This document shows positions 1 through 11,335 of a DNA stretch of 64,000 nt, piece after piece. Made by a program: the position numbers and the translations under genes. Source of the DNA: Eutreptiella sp. 'Long Island Sound 2002'. Lineage: Eukaryota > Protista > Euglenida. The notes below the pieces were generated by a model. The model made no database searches. It was not told the origin of the DNA and saw only the letters and a list, made by a program, of their open reading frames with translations. Each line of letters begins with the position of its first letter. The first letter of the stretch is position 1. Where the stretch lies: the NCBI GenBank assembly GCA_964036045.1, contig OZ038379.1, forward strand, positions 4,836,001-4,900,000. Direction: 5' to 3'.

Positions 1-110
1 TGGAGTGCATTACCTCTGGTTTGCATTTGTCTGTTTTTTAATTAGGTCACACCCCCCTTTTGGGGCCAGTCACTTGTGGTGGTGCCAGAGGGTGGTTGGA
101 CCGCCCCCAG

Positions 111-190
111 CGCGTTGCGGCCCCCACCCCCGGCCCCCCTCGACGTCGACCCTGAACCTGATGCGTTCCCGGCCCAGCAGCAGGGCATCA
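111..190 (+). CDS. Candidate upstream exon of the PRPS-like gene
   Basis: C-rich tract plus CAG ends at 110; donor gtactg at 191 is phase 1, compatible with the exon at 2054. GC3 bias switches frame near 165; with a 1-nt indel it reads STLNLMRFPAQQQGI-S-EIDLK, matching the PRPS RF..GEI motif. Could instead be the terminal exon of another gene. Confidence 0.35.
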
Positions 191-737
191 GTACTGTGAA
201 CAGTTGTATGCTGCATTCAGTTGTGAACCTCGCATTTTGAGCAGAGGTTGTAATGTAATGAGATCACCCCCCCCCCCCCCCAGTGATGTGTTGGAACGGC
301 CGTACACCGTAGGAGGAGGGGGGGTGTACCCCCCCCTGGACCCCCCTCGCCCCCCCTCCTCCCCTTCCAATGTTTGAGGCTGACAGCCAAAATTTTGCTT
401 CGAAGAGGATTTAAGGCCAAAAATTTTCAGCCCGCCTTCGGCAGGGACCATAGGGGGTCCTTAGGAGGAGGGGGGTCCCGGCCAAACCCCCCTCCCCCAG
501 ACCACTCTCCCAGAAGGTCGGTCGAGACATCAGAGCACATGGCTCCTGCACCCAAGGTCCCGGTTCGAATCCCAAGATTCGAGGGTCCCCTCCCTGACCG
601 GCACCCACTCAAGAACCCCTGGTTGAGAGTCCGGGCCCGGGGTCTGACCGATGGTTGGACGCACGTCATGCGCCAGAGTGCCGGCGAGCGGTCCTCAGGA
701 CTCATCGCGGGGATGTGCTTAGTGCTTGTCCCACCCT

Positions 738-905
738 AGATGGGGGCACGCATATGGGGGCGCGTAAACGGCGGCGTGTGGATGGGGGCTGGTATATCGG
801 GGCGTAGATGGGGGTGCGCAAATGGGGACATGTAGATGGGGGCGGGTAGATTGGGGCTCGTAGATGGGGGCACATAGATCGGGGCGGGTATATGGGGGTA
901 TACAG
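738..905. repeat. Degenerate G-rich minisatellite of about 20 bp (tagatgggggc... units)
   Basis: Repeated (a/g)tggggg motifs at about 20-nt spacing. Confidence 0.65.
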
Positions 906-2053
906 ATGTGTCCATCTCTGACCACTCGCTCGTGCTCATTTGGTTAAGGTGGAGAACTGGGGGCCATGCTGCCCCCCGACCCACACCACAACCCACGGTT
1001 GCACGTTGGTACATGCCGCATTTCAAGAAATTTCACCGCACACATGTCTAACATGGTGCCCCACCAATTGGTCCCCCCTTTGATTCAGGCAGGTCTATGG
1101 GTAGGAAGCCCCCCATACGGGGGGGGGGGGTGGCGAGGGCAGAAAAATATTGTTGTGCAGACCACCCTCCACTCCAATGTGCCAAAATCCTTCAAACCCC
1201 GAAACCCCCGCAGCGATGGATTGGCCGCAATCAAGCTGACAACCCACCCGGAGTGTCATGCAACGGTGGCCCATCTGAAGCACCCACCCGGGGCCGCGTG
1301 CTCCCGCCCGTCAGATGGATGTTCGATTTTTACTGTGCTTGTCGGAGGACAACGGGATTTGGGCAACCACCCGAACCCAGAAGAGTTTCCTCCAGCGGGA
1401 ACTGCAAATTTTGAAGAGAGAGAAAAATATTCAGGGGCCCATTTTAGCCCCCCCCCCCCCAAAACCAAAAAAAACGATCACCCAAAATCCCCGAACCGTC
1501 GCCTCCCGATGTTCCAACAACGGCGCTGTCTACGCGCGCCCTGAGAAGACACGAGCGGTGGCGCTACCCCAGTGCCCGGGCCATGTCTGATGACCTGCAC
1601 GCCTGGACCACCGGACAAGCGGCATCACGTGGCTGGGCAGCGGTTGGCACCCCCGAAATACCATCCCCAAGCCCCAAATCACCGGAAAAACTTGGTCTTC
1701 ACAGACGACCAGCCGATGCACCCGCGAGATGCCACGGTTCGAAAAGTTGCGGCAACAACGCCTCGTCTTGTTCTGAGAGAGGGGGGGGGGGGGTGCATCA
1801 GAACCAGACATGCCACTAGCGTTTGGCAGGGAAAGTGTTTCTCGGTAGCCATCGGCCCCGTATCAAAGGCCACTCAGTAATACCCGCCCCCTGCACCACC
1901 GGAACTCAGTGGGAACGTGCTGCGTCCAGCGTGTGGCTCAGTAGGACCCTCCACCTGATCATGTCTGAGCTGGCAGACGCTAGTGGCAAGTCCGATCGGG
2001 ACTCCGGACGTCGACGCGGCCCCTGTCTGCCCGTCCGTCGCATCGGGACGCAG

Positions 2054-2313
2054 GTGAGATCGACCTCAAGTTCCTGACGTGCCTGCGGGGGGACGACGTG
2101 TACATCGTCCAGCCCACGTGCCCCGGCCGCAACCAGAACGTGAACACGTCCATCATGGAGCTGCTGCTGATCCTGCACACCGTGCGCCTCGCCTCCTGCA
2201 AGCGCGTCACCGCCCTCGTCCCCTACTTCGCCTACGGCCGCCAGAGCTTCATGACGTCGCCCGACACGCCGATCGCCTCCGCGGCGGTGGCGAAGCTGAT
2301 GCTGTCGATGCAG
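2054..2313 (+). CDS. PRPS: PRPS-family exon (N-terminal domain)
   Basis: Acceptor cgcag ends at 2053. Reads EIDLKFLTCLRGDDVYIVQPTCP...NTSIMELLLILHTVRLASCKRVTALVPYFAYGRQ, the PRPS RG.DV.I.Q / MELL / PYF.Y.RQ motifs. Donor at 2314 or 2317, both phase 0. Confidence 0.9.
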
Positions 2314-2774
2314 GTCGTGCGATCGCGCCCCTAGGCCCGAAAGCGGGGGGGGGGGGAGGTTCCACCCAGTGACGCGTCGAAGGTGATGTAAAGGGGCGGT
2401 GGGACGGCAACCTCCGCTCAATCGCTTCTGTCCACCCCCACGCCCGCCAACCGCTTTGAGCCACTTTACAACAGCCCCCCCCCCCCCTTCGTTCGTGTCT
2501 GTTTTTTTAATTAGGTCACACCCCCCTTCGTTCAAGAACGTGAAATTTCCGATTGGAATTTGTCCAACAAAGTTCAACAAGATTCAAAAGATTTCCAAAA
2601 ATTCAAAGAAAGACCAAAACCAATCAAATGTTTCCAAAATTCCAAAACACTCAAACAGATTTCAAAGCCTCAAATAAAGTTCAATAGAGTTCAGGAAGTT
2701 TAAGAGAAAACATTCAAAACCCTCCAAAGATGCCCAAACCTGCAAGCCCCGCCCCCCGCCTCACCGCACCGCAG

Positions 2775-3112
2775 TTGGATCATCTGGTGACGGTGGACCT
2801 GAACTCGGCGCAGATCCAAGGCTTCTTCCACGCCGTGCCCTGCACCAACCTGCCGTCCACCCCCGTGTTCCGCAAGTACCTGCAGGCGCAGATCCTCAAG
2901 AAGGAGCTGCCCAACGTGGAGGAGCTGGTGGTGGTGGCGCTGGGCCCGGCCAACGTGGGCCGGGCCAAGGCCCTCGGGGACATGCTCGGGGTCTGGAAGT
3001 GCGTGAACATCGTCACGCGGCGCATCTCCCCGGAGCCCAGCACCGTGGGGGAGGTCGGCAAGCACCCGGAGAAGGTGCTGCAGCTGGACGACGGAAGCAA
3101 GAGTCAAGTCAA

Positions 3113-3114
<2 letters not shown>
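2775..3114 (+). CDS. PRPS: PRPS-family exon
   Basis: Reads LDHLVTVDLNSAQIQGFF...VVVALGPANVGRAKALGDML...SQVK. Phase 0 in, phase 1 out (donor gtctct at 3115); joins in frame to 7711 giving VKGMVCITMDD. Confidence 0.9.
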
Positions 3115-3143
<29 letters not shown>

Positions 3144-3603
3144 GAGCCTTGACTGCTACCGCCCCCCCCTCCCCCCACGCCTGCGCTCGAAGGAAAGGGG
3201 GACCGCAGGGTGTTGCAGCGAACGCCTGTAAAACCGGTTGGCGACGGTTTGGAAAGCGGCAGGGGAGCTGGAGACGGCGGTTATAAAACCGTTGCAGCTG
3301 CAGTTGGAGTTGGAAGGAGACGGTTGGAGTGTAACTGAGAGTTACTGTTGGGGGGGGGGGGGCGCAAGAACGCTGATGGTGTGTCAAAAGTGACTCACGC
3401 ACCCCCCCCCCCTCCCCCCTCCTGCAAGCACAGGCTTGACCCCCCCTCCCCCCCCCCCGGTACACGATGGGACAATTTTTTTGTACTCATGTTTTTTGCA
3501 CAATGGGACGGTTGTTTTGTACTCGTGTTTACCACAAAAAAAATTACACGACTTTACTGCAAAAAAAAAAATACACGATTGTGCATTTTTTTTGTACTTG
3601 CAT

Positions 3604-3967
3604 TTCCCTTTCCAGTTGGGTATTGACTAGCCCCTTTCCAATGGATATGGACCAGCCCCGTTCTAGTTGGGGATATGGATTGGCCCCTTTCTAGTTGGGG
3701 ATAGGGGCTAGCCCCTGTTCCAGTTGGGGATATGGACTGGCCCCTTTCTAGTTGGAGATATGGACTGGCCCCTTTCCATTTGGGGATATGGACTGGCCCC
3801 TTTCTAGCTAGGGATATGCACTAGCCCCTTTCCAGTTGGGGATATGGACTAGCCCCTTTCCAATTGGGGATATGGATTGGCCCATTTCCAACTAGGGATA
3901 TGGACTGGCCCCTTTGCAATTGGAGATGTGGACTAGCCCCTTTCCGGTTGGGGATATGCACTGCCCC
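3604..3967. repeat. 28-bp minisatellite (GACTGGCCCCTTTCCAGTTGGGGATATG, about 12-13 copies)
   Basis: Head-to-tail units with point variation and no spacers. Confidence 0.92.
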
Positions 3968-5644
3968 CAAAAATGAGGTGATGGGCTCTCACACTTCGGT
4001 GTGGCTCCTTGAGTTGGGGTGATGGACTCCCAAGCCTCGTCGTGGCCGGAAATGACTCCCACCGGCCCCAACAGGGAAATAATCATGGAGCATGGGCAGG
4101 GCCAGGGGTCGGTTCCTAGTGCGCTCAACCGTGAATTTTATGCCCTTCTACTTCGGGTTGCTACGCTCATTGGACTTTTGGGGGGTTATTTTCAACCTCT
4201 TGCTTGGCTCTTTTCCCTCCATTTGGGGATGAAGGGGGGGGGGATAATTGAGGTGACATAAGCGAAGGTGTAGGTGGAACCTTTGGTACGGGGATCGAGG
4301 GGGGGGTTGGGTTGGGTTGGGTTGGGTGTGGGGATCGAAGGGCCGGGGGGGGGGGGTCTGAGGGGGCAAAGCTTGTGCATTAGAAACAAACGGCCCACGA
4401 AGAAAAAAATGCCCCCCCCCCCTCCCCCTCCTCTGCAGCCCAAACTCTACGCAATCCCGAGGGCCGCAGGGCAGGCCACGGATGGTGTGTACTACGACAG
4501 CTGCTTAGTAACACCCCTGACACCCGGTTGCCCGCTGAACTGTCACGCGCCAAACCCTCCCCATCCCCAAGGGGCCCCACCACAACAGCAAGAACACTAA
4601 GTCTCATGTGCGGCCCATACAGGGAGGGGGAAAATTTCGCCACCCTTGAAATCCCCAAAGCCCCAAGCAAGCCTGTGTCTCGCAAAATGTCTCTCAATTT
4701 TCGAAAAAAATTTTTTTGTCTCTCGGTCTCTATATGCCCCTTGAGGACATAGATGTCAGATGTGGTCATTACTCCAGTGGTACATGCACTTGGTTCTGAT
4801 TGTACAGGCGTTGGTTCATATCCTGGTGACGCGATGTTTTTCATGTGTCCAGCACTTGTGAATCTGATGAGATTGGTTTTTCATGCACAAACAAACCCTG
4901 CCTGAAGCAGTCTCCCCTAGGCCTACGGGCCTCGCGCGCGGGCCATGTGCATCTGTTGAGGTGGTTATCGGACAATATTTCCCACCATTTCGCATTTCCC
5001 GCTATGCTCGTTGCACTTGCCCTCAGTGGTGCACTGGCCCTCAGTGGCGCGCCAGGTCAACTGCTGCCCCTTAAACTCCAAAAAGAAGCAAACAGTCATC
5101 AAGGGAACAGGTATTGGGGGGGGGGAGGCCACACATGTCTAATGAAATACTGCACGGCATTATGGACCCTCAGCTATGACCCAACGGCCTCTAGCAGCGG
5201 CTGTCCCGGGTCCCAAGAGGCACAGTGAAACGTCTTCGGTGGAAATGATTGTGTTGCAGTGTGTCGTGTTGCGGTGCGTTGCAATGTGTTGCACATGTGT
5301 TGCACGTGACAGCAGACCGTTCACAGCCCGGTCACAGCAATGTTGGCGAGGGCTCACCCTGTTGTGGGGTAAGGGACGGAGGGAGGCGAACCCAGACTGC
5401 CCACTTTCGATAGCCGTGCTGGCGTGGGGCCCTCAAGGCAATATTCGATGCTGATCTGGTTTGTGCTGCGAGAGCAGCAAGACAAAACAATTTTGTTTGT
5501 GGTGACAGAACATTGCATACTCACTCAGCCTGTATGGCACAACCCTCCCCGGCCCCCACTGGTCTGAGGTGTGGGAGCTGGGGTCCCCCCACCCCCTCTA
5601 AGTGAAGCGGAAGTGCCTTTTGTGGGTTAACCCCCCCCCCCCCC

Positions 5645-5848
5645 AGGGCTTCTTTAGAATAATTAAAAACCAAGGGGGGGGGAGACCCCTCCCCCAAAAC
5701 CCCCTCCCCCCCTCCCCAGACCAAAGCGACCATAGTGGGAAAAAACGAAATTTACAATAGGGAAAATCTGGTCAGGCCATTTTTGGTACACCAAGTTTTG
5801 GGTCCAAAACCCCCTCCCCCCCCCCCCCCCTGCTCAAAAGAAGCCCTG
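5645..5848. mobile_element. hAT-type MITE (TIR CAGGGCTTCTTT)
   Basis: Inverted termini cagggcttcttt / aaagaagccctg; reverse-complement copy at 58836-59045. Confidence 0.8.
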
Positions 5849-6070
5849 CCCCCCCCCTGAGGAGGTGCGGGGGGGGGGGGGGTAGATCCTGGATGCGAGT
5901 AGCGGTGGGTACATGCTGGTGGATGGGATTGGACAGTCTGGATGTTCACAGTCGATGCACTTGCTCTGGGACTTTTTTCGTTCTAACTCCTGGCCGGATT
6001 CAACTGGAGGTCTTTGTACTGCAGACCAAGTCGGACTCCCGACACAGACCATCGCTGCATGTTCGACATG

Positions 6071-6142
6071 CTGAGGCTGACGGAATCGAACCGCCAGCGC
6101 TTGAATTTGGAACCAAACATGTTGCCATTACACCAAGGCCCC
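6071..6142 (-). pseudogene. tRNA-Trp(CCA)-like pseudogene or SINE head in a PRPS intron
   Basis: Folds as GGGGCCT TG GTGT AATGGCA ACAT G TTTGG TT-CCA-AA TTCAA GCGCT GGCGG TTCGATT CCGTC AGCCTCA G. D and T arms are intact; acceptor stem 5 of 7 pairs; anticodon stem weak. Confidence 0.65.
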
Positions 6143-6924
6143 CATTCCGACGCGAAGTTCAGGCTCAGGCTCGGCTGTGGTGACGCGCTGTCCTGCACGT
6201 CTTACGCTGCATGCGCGGCATGTGCGTCGCCACAATAGCTAGGGCCCCCTCTCGACCCATCCACCCATCACACGCGCCACCCACATCCACCTCCTCACGT
6301 CTGCTCACACCCACCCAATGGAAGGCTAAAGTGACGGATTCTGTTGGAGCACCAGGACGGGTCTTACCGGAAACGGGCGCGTCTGCCACATGCGCTTGTT
6401 TACGCACCCGGCAAGAGACAGGGTTAAGGAGCTTATTTCCCCCCCTTACTGAGGACGGTCATTAAGGATGACCGGGTTTGGCGGTTATCCGCTGGCGGTA
6501 CACCCAAACCCGGCAGTCTCCCACCAATTTCCAGCAATCAATGGCCGGCATTGAGCACCGTCAGTGGAATGCTTTTCAGTCAGCTACCGCACCGTGTGAC
6601 ATGTTCTGGTGAGGCGTACCGGAACAGTTTTTTGTACCCTTCATTACGGATGGTCCTGTGTGGTGAAGCGATGGAGGGAGCACAGTGGAAGGTGTGCCAT
6701 CGTGCACCATTCCTGGGACTGCCTCAACAGGTGCGCGCGGGGGAGGGGGAGGGGGGCGGGCGGCGCTAGAATTTCCATCTGGGGCCCGTTTCGTTCCATG
6801 CCAGCATATTTCCGGGGGTTGGGGGGGCAGTCGGGGAAGTACTAGAATGGCCATACACCACAGGAAGGGGGGGGTACCACCCCCCTCCTCCAGACCAAAG
6901 TGACCACAGTGGGAACACGCGAAA

Positions 6925-7600
6925 TCACCTTGAATCGGGCTGTTAGATCAAGCGTGGGTGCGGGTGCGGGTACTTTTAGAGGGGCATTCGCGTAGCATAC
7001 CCCAAGGAATGGTATCATATGTCTAACCCCTGGTAAATTCATCATTTTGGGAGACAAACTGATCCCCCAATGATTTTTTCGATTTTGACCCCCCCCCATA
7101 GCTGGGTACCCCATATTTGGGGTGTGGGGGTATGGGTGTTGGGTGGGTGGGGTCAAATTTCCTTTGCGTATTGTGGCCCCTGTGTGTTGATTCGGACCTA
7201 GGTCCTGAAGACTTCTTTTCTTGTACCATGCACCCCTGACCAGTGGCGGGGGTCCCGGGTCCAAACTCCCCCGGTTGCCCCCCAGCACTGGCGGTGAGGA
7301 CTTGGCCGTTTTCACGCTGGATAAGATGAAAATTTTTCGAAGTTCGACTTTTTTTTTCCGAACCCCTTCTGTCGCCCCTGGGATGGGTTTGGGTCATCAT
7401 TTGGTGACAATACGGGTACTTGAGTACCCATAGGGACCCACGTAGTGGCCGCTGGGCCCATGTAGCCCGCGCCATGGCCCCTCCAAAAGCCCCGAAATTG
7501 CTGGTGTTTAGGCTGTTTAGTCACACCTGGCAAGGTTTCGAAATTCCATTTTTCTCTCATCGAGGTGCCTTGCCGAAGGCAATGGAATTTACAATAGGGA
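6925..7600 (+). repeat. Large dispersed repeat family; related segments at 22480-23200 and 40890-41190
   Basis: Shared block cccttctgtcgc..tgggatgggtt.gggt.atcatt.ggtgacaatacg...cacgtagt, plus an aggtgccttgccgaaggcaatggaattt end motif (not seen in the 22480 copy). Confidence 0.8.
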
Positions 7601-7710
7601 AATCTGGCGGCCATTTATGGGACACAAACTTTTGGTTCCAGAACCCCCCCTCCCCCCCCCCCTCCTCTCTTGTAATACGTCCCTGGCAGTGTGCCTCGTC
7701 TCGGCCCCAG

Positions 7711-7853
7711 GCATGGTGTGCATCACAATGGACGACATCATCGACACGATGGACACGACCCTGAAGGCCGTGCAGCTGCTGATGGACGCGGGCGCGCAGT
7801 ACGTCATCAGCTGTGCCACCCACGGCCTGTTCACCACCGGCGCCATCGAAAAG
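7711..7853 (+). CDS. PRPS: PRPS-family exon (PRPP-binding loop)
   Basis: Acceptor ccccag, donor gtgccc. Reads GMVCITMDDIIDTMDTTLKAVQLLMDAGAQYVISCATHGLF, matching the phosphoribosyltransferase DD.IDT and ATHG motifs. Confidence 0.92.
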
Positions 7854-8829
7854 GTGCCCCGTGTCTGCGTCCATCGCTCATTGCAGGCCCTGCGCCCAAC
7901 GCACCGTTTTGTCCCCCCCCCCCCCCCTCCTCATGTTGTGCTGTTTGACACACATCAGACCCCCGCAGTCCAAGGGCCTGGCTCCAGGACACGGCAACAC
8001 GATGGGCACCGGTTTAACTGTCAGAAACGTTGCTCGGCAGTCGGAGTCTGCACGTGTGCCGCCGGCGGTGGCACGTCACCGGCGGCGGTGGTCGTCGTGC
8101 AACGGATGGCGGTTGGGCACCCCGCCGGACAAGTGCCGCGATGGTGCAGAACTACGCATTGCAGCACCCCCCATGCGTGTGTTTCAACAACAACCCGCAC
8201 TTCTTCCCCCACGAGGAGCGGCAGTCGTGCGAGCGACCCTAGCGACGGCCCCGCTGAGGCTCCAGGGGGCCAACCTGCACTTCAGGCCCGAACGCCGGGG
8301 TGGGCACTCTCCGCCGCGTGTGCAACGCGGTGTCAACCATCTACACGGCGGTCCAATCCGCGCTGCGGCACAGCGGTACTCCGGTTGTGTCCGCGCTCGT
8401 ATGATCCGGCGCCCCGAAGTGGCCCAGTGTGTGTGGCGGGGTGGGGTGGGTGGGGGGTGGGTCCGGGAAAGGGGCAGGTCCCTGAAAACGGTCTGAGGAC
8501 CGGCGATGGCACCAGAAATGGGGCCGCAACGTCGTCCGGGGTATTCCCTGTTCTTCTACAGAAATCTTTGCCATGATGCATCCCTCAAAATCCTACGGGG
8601 TACCCCCCGTGTGGGCGCAGGCCGTGGGGAGCAGGCACGGCCGGAGTTCCATGCGGACATTGCTATTTGACCGTAGTGATGCCCCAGCAGCCACCCACAG
8701 GGGCAGAACCAAACCCCCTCCGGAGTGTCCCCAGTATCCGCCCGCCGCAGGGCTGAGGCGGGACCTCAGGGGGTGGGCGGTGGCTCCAAAAAGGGACACA
8801 GCACCAGCGGCAAACTGCCCGAGCAGGCG

Positions 8830-9040
8830 GCGCACCACCGATCGGTGACACTTGGGGATCCGCCACCCCCCCCGGCCCCTGTGGTACAGTTCCCACATCA
8901 TTTGTGGTGCTGGGCACCCTCCGAACTTCACGGTCTTGGGAATGACTGAGTGTGTGACGCATTGCCGGCGCCGGCGTGGGGGGGGGGGGGGGGGGCATGG
9001 GGCTGCAGCAGCGCTTGTGCGCAGAGGGACAGCGGTCCCA
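8830..9040 (+). repeat. Young dispersed repeat of about 200 bp; copies at 20498-20695 and 63721-63935, diverged relative near 55260
   Basis: Near-identical acacttggggatccgccacccccc...cacatcatttgtgg...cttgggaatgactgagtgtgtgacgca core. Confidence 0.9.
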
Positions 9041-9331
9041 TCCTCACACCTGCACAGAATTTCCCCCGACGGTGACCAGCAATGTCGACTAGTGCCCGTA
9101 CCCGGAACTACCCACCCGCACACTTGCTGAGCCGTTATGCCCCCGTCCCCCCCTCCCGAGCCTCTCTGGTTCCCCGACATCTGACCCCATGAAGCGGGAA
9201 GGGGCTCCAACGCCCCCCCCCCCCCCTGGCAAACCGTTCACTTCCCCGGGCCCCACCACCGCAACCCTGCTCGAGCCCCGTCAGGTTCGGACGGCCACAC
9301 CGCGCATCTCGTCTCCGCCCCGGCCCCACAG

Positions 9332-9658
9332 GTCAACGGCTGTGAGGCCCTGCGGGAGTGCATCGTGACGGACACCACCCCACAGAAGGACCACCAGGCG
9401 GAGTGCCCCAAGCTGACGGTGCTGACGGTCAGCTCCATCGTGTCGATGGCCGTGCGGCGGATCCACGGGAACCGCGCGGACAAGGAGGACGACTGGGACA
9501 CGCGGGAGTGGAACGAGTACGACTTCGACCTCGCCAGCTGCCCCATCCCGCTGTCGGAGCACGAGCCCACCCCCCCGCGGGCCAAGCGCAACCCTTTCTT
9601 CACGGAGCCGCCGGCGCCCTCGAGCATCCCTGAGTATCCTCCCGCCCTGAGTCTCTGA
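9332..9658 (+). CDS. PRPS: PRPS-family terminal exon with acidic/Pro-rich C-terminal extension
   Basis: Acceptor cccacag. Reads VNGCEALRECIVTDTTP...PKLTVLTVSSIVSMAVRRIHG (PRPS C-terminus), then about 60 extra aa to TGA at 9656-9658. Confidence 0.88.
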   Translation, partial: VNGCEALRECIVTDTTPQKDHQAECPKLTVLTVSSIVSMAVRRIHGNRADKEDDWDTREWNEYDFDLASCPIPLSEHEPTPPRAKRNPFFTEPPAPSSIPEYPPALSL

Positions 9659-9749
9659 GGAGGTGCAGCTGTCATCTGATGACATGACGCCTGAGCGGGA
9701 GGTCTCAGGATCGAATCCCTGGGGTGTCACCAGCCGTGCCACCAGGGTC

Positions 9750-9890
9750 CGCACCGCCGTCCACACCGTGCGTCTGTCTGGGCACACACACGTCAACGCC
9801 TCGTTCCCGGTCACTGGCTCATTCCCCCCCCCCCCCCCCCAAACCCTCCCTCCGTAAGGCAGACAGGTCCCGCCTTGTCTCTGCTCGTCC
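9750..9890 (+). repeat. Dispersed repeat of about 140 bp; second copy at 11807-11946
   Basis: Near-identical cgcaccgccgtccacaccgt...ccgtaaggcagacaggtcccgccttgtc. Confidence 0.9.
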
Positions 9891-10489
9891 AACCGCTTTG
9901 CAACCGCCAGCACGCCCACTGCAACCGCCCCCCCTGTCGCACCCGGAACTCAGTAGGAACCAGCTGTGTCCTGTGGTCCACTCAGCAGGACCCACCTCCT
10001 CCTGATGAGGTATTGAGGGCTTCGCTAGCCCCGGCCCTCCCCAACCCCTTCACCCCCGCCCCCCTCCCCCGGTACGTACACCAACCGGCATGCTCACGCA
10101 GCCTTTATGGCACACCTTCCACACCAGCCCCGCTCTGCCATTGATGCGCTTGAAGGGAGGAGGGGGGGGTAGGGCATTCCCCCCTCTTTGGGATGACTGT
10201 CAGCCGCGAACCCCCCCCCCCCCCAAAACAGCCCTTTGTATCCGCCAGAAAGTGCCTCCCAGCCGCCAGCGACGGCTTTTGCAACCACCCCTCACCCTCC
10301 CCCCCCTAGACCCCTCCGCTCCAGGCGCACCCCGGGGGAGGGGGAGGGGGGGGATGTGGCGTGTTCCATGAAGGCTGGTTAGGCACCATGTGGTCCTCCC
10401 GGTGCCCAGTGCCAGCCCTTGTGTATGACCTGCTTGTGTTGGTTTGGGGCGGTTTGTGTTGGGGGATGGGGGCGTGGCCGAGCTGTGGC

Positions 10490-11335
10490 TCAGACTGGAA
10501 CAACGGGATTGGCAGCGGCTGCGGCAGCACATTGGCCGGGGGTGGGCGAGGCAGGAGCAGGGGGATCCGTCCGGCTGACGGAATGTCTGGGGCCGCCGCC
10601 GGTCACTGCCCGCCACCGCTGGTGAACACTGGTCGACGGCGGGATGGACTGTGAAATGGAAAGAGAGGGTGGGTGTGAGGGGGGGGCTCCGTGAGGACTG
10701 ATGGGGGGTTGGGTCCCTTTGTGACTTGCAGGGGTTGGCTGAGCAAAGCACTTTCTCTGGCGATCCTTGACGACGGCTTGGGGCCTTGTGGCTTGGGTGG
10801 TCCGTGGGAGTACATGTACACCCACGGGGGGGGCGGGCCTCACAAGCGGGCAACCCGTCGACGACGGACTTTGACGGTGCTCCGCCCCACACCCGACGTA
10901 TGAGGGACCCGGGGGCGCGGGAGAGGGGGATGGAAGGAGGGGACGGGCGTCACGCAGCGAAGGGCGCATGCGTCGCCCCTCCCGCCTTCGGTGCTCACCA
11001 CTGACCCCTGGCATTGGACGGTCCGCCAAGCGCCGCTGACGCTTCACAGTCGTTTGGCCGCCGGACTGCGCGGACGCGCCTCCAGCGGTGCGACTCTGAG
11101 ACCCGGGGGAGCAGCCGGGCCCGGTCCGCGCACGCGACCCCACCTTTTTTTTCGGGGTTCAGTGCCTGATGGCGCTGCATCCAAGGGCCCCATGTGCTCC
11201 GCCACCCCCCCTCCGACATGACCCCGAACATATATATCTCTTCAAATGATGAGCACGACGTGGCGATCATGTCGATCTTGACGTATCTTGACGTACGATG
11301 TGATGTCGCCCCCTCGGAGAGTCCACTAACCCCAT
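10490..11335 (-). CDS. Possible 3' end of a convergent minus-strand gene (exons 11335-11223, 11095-11006, 10648-10490)
   Basis: Phase-compatible AG/GT boundaries and a strong pyrimidine tract (ccctctctttccatttcacag) before the last segment. The product is low-complexity and unrecognised, with weaker codon bias than the two main genes. Confidence 0.25.

Noticed and set aside
3604-3967. CRISPR-like array (28-bp partly palindromic repeats)
   Set aside because: Units are directly adjacent with no unique spacers, the context is a eukaryotic intron, and no cas genes are present.
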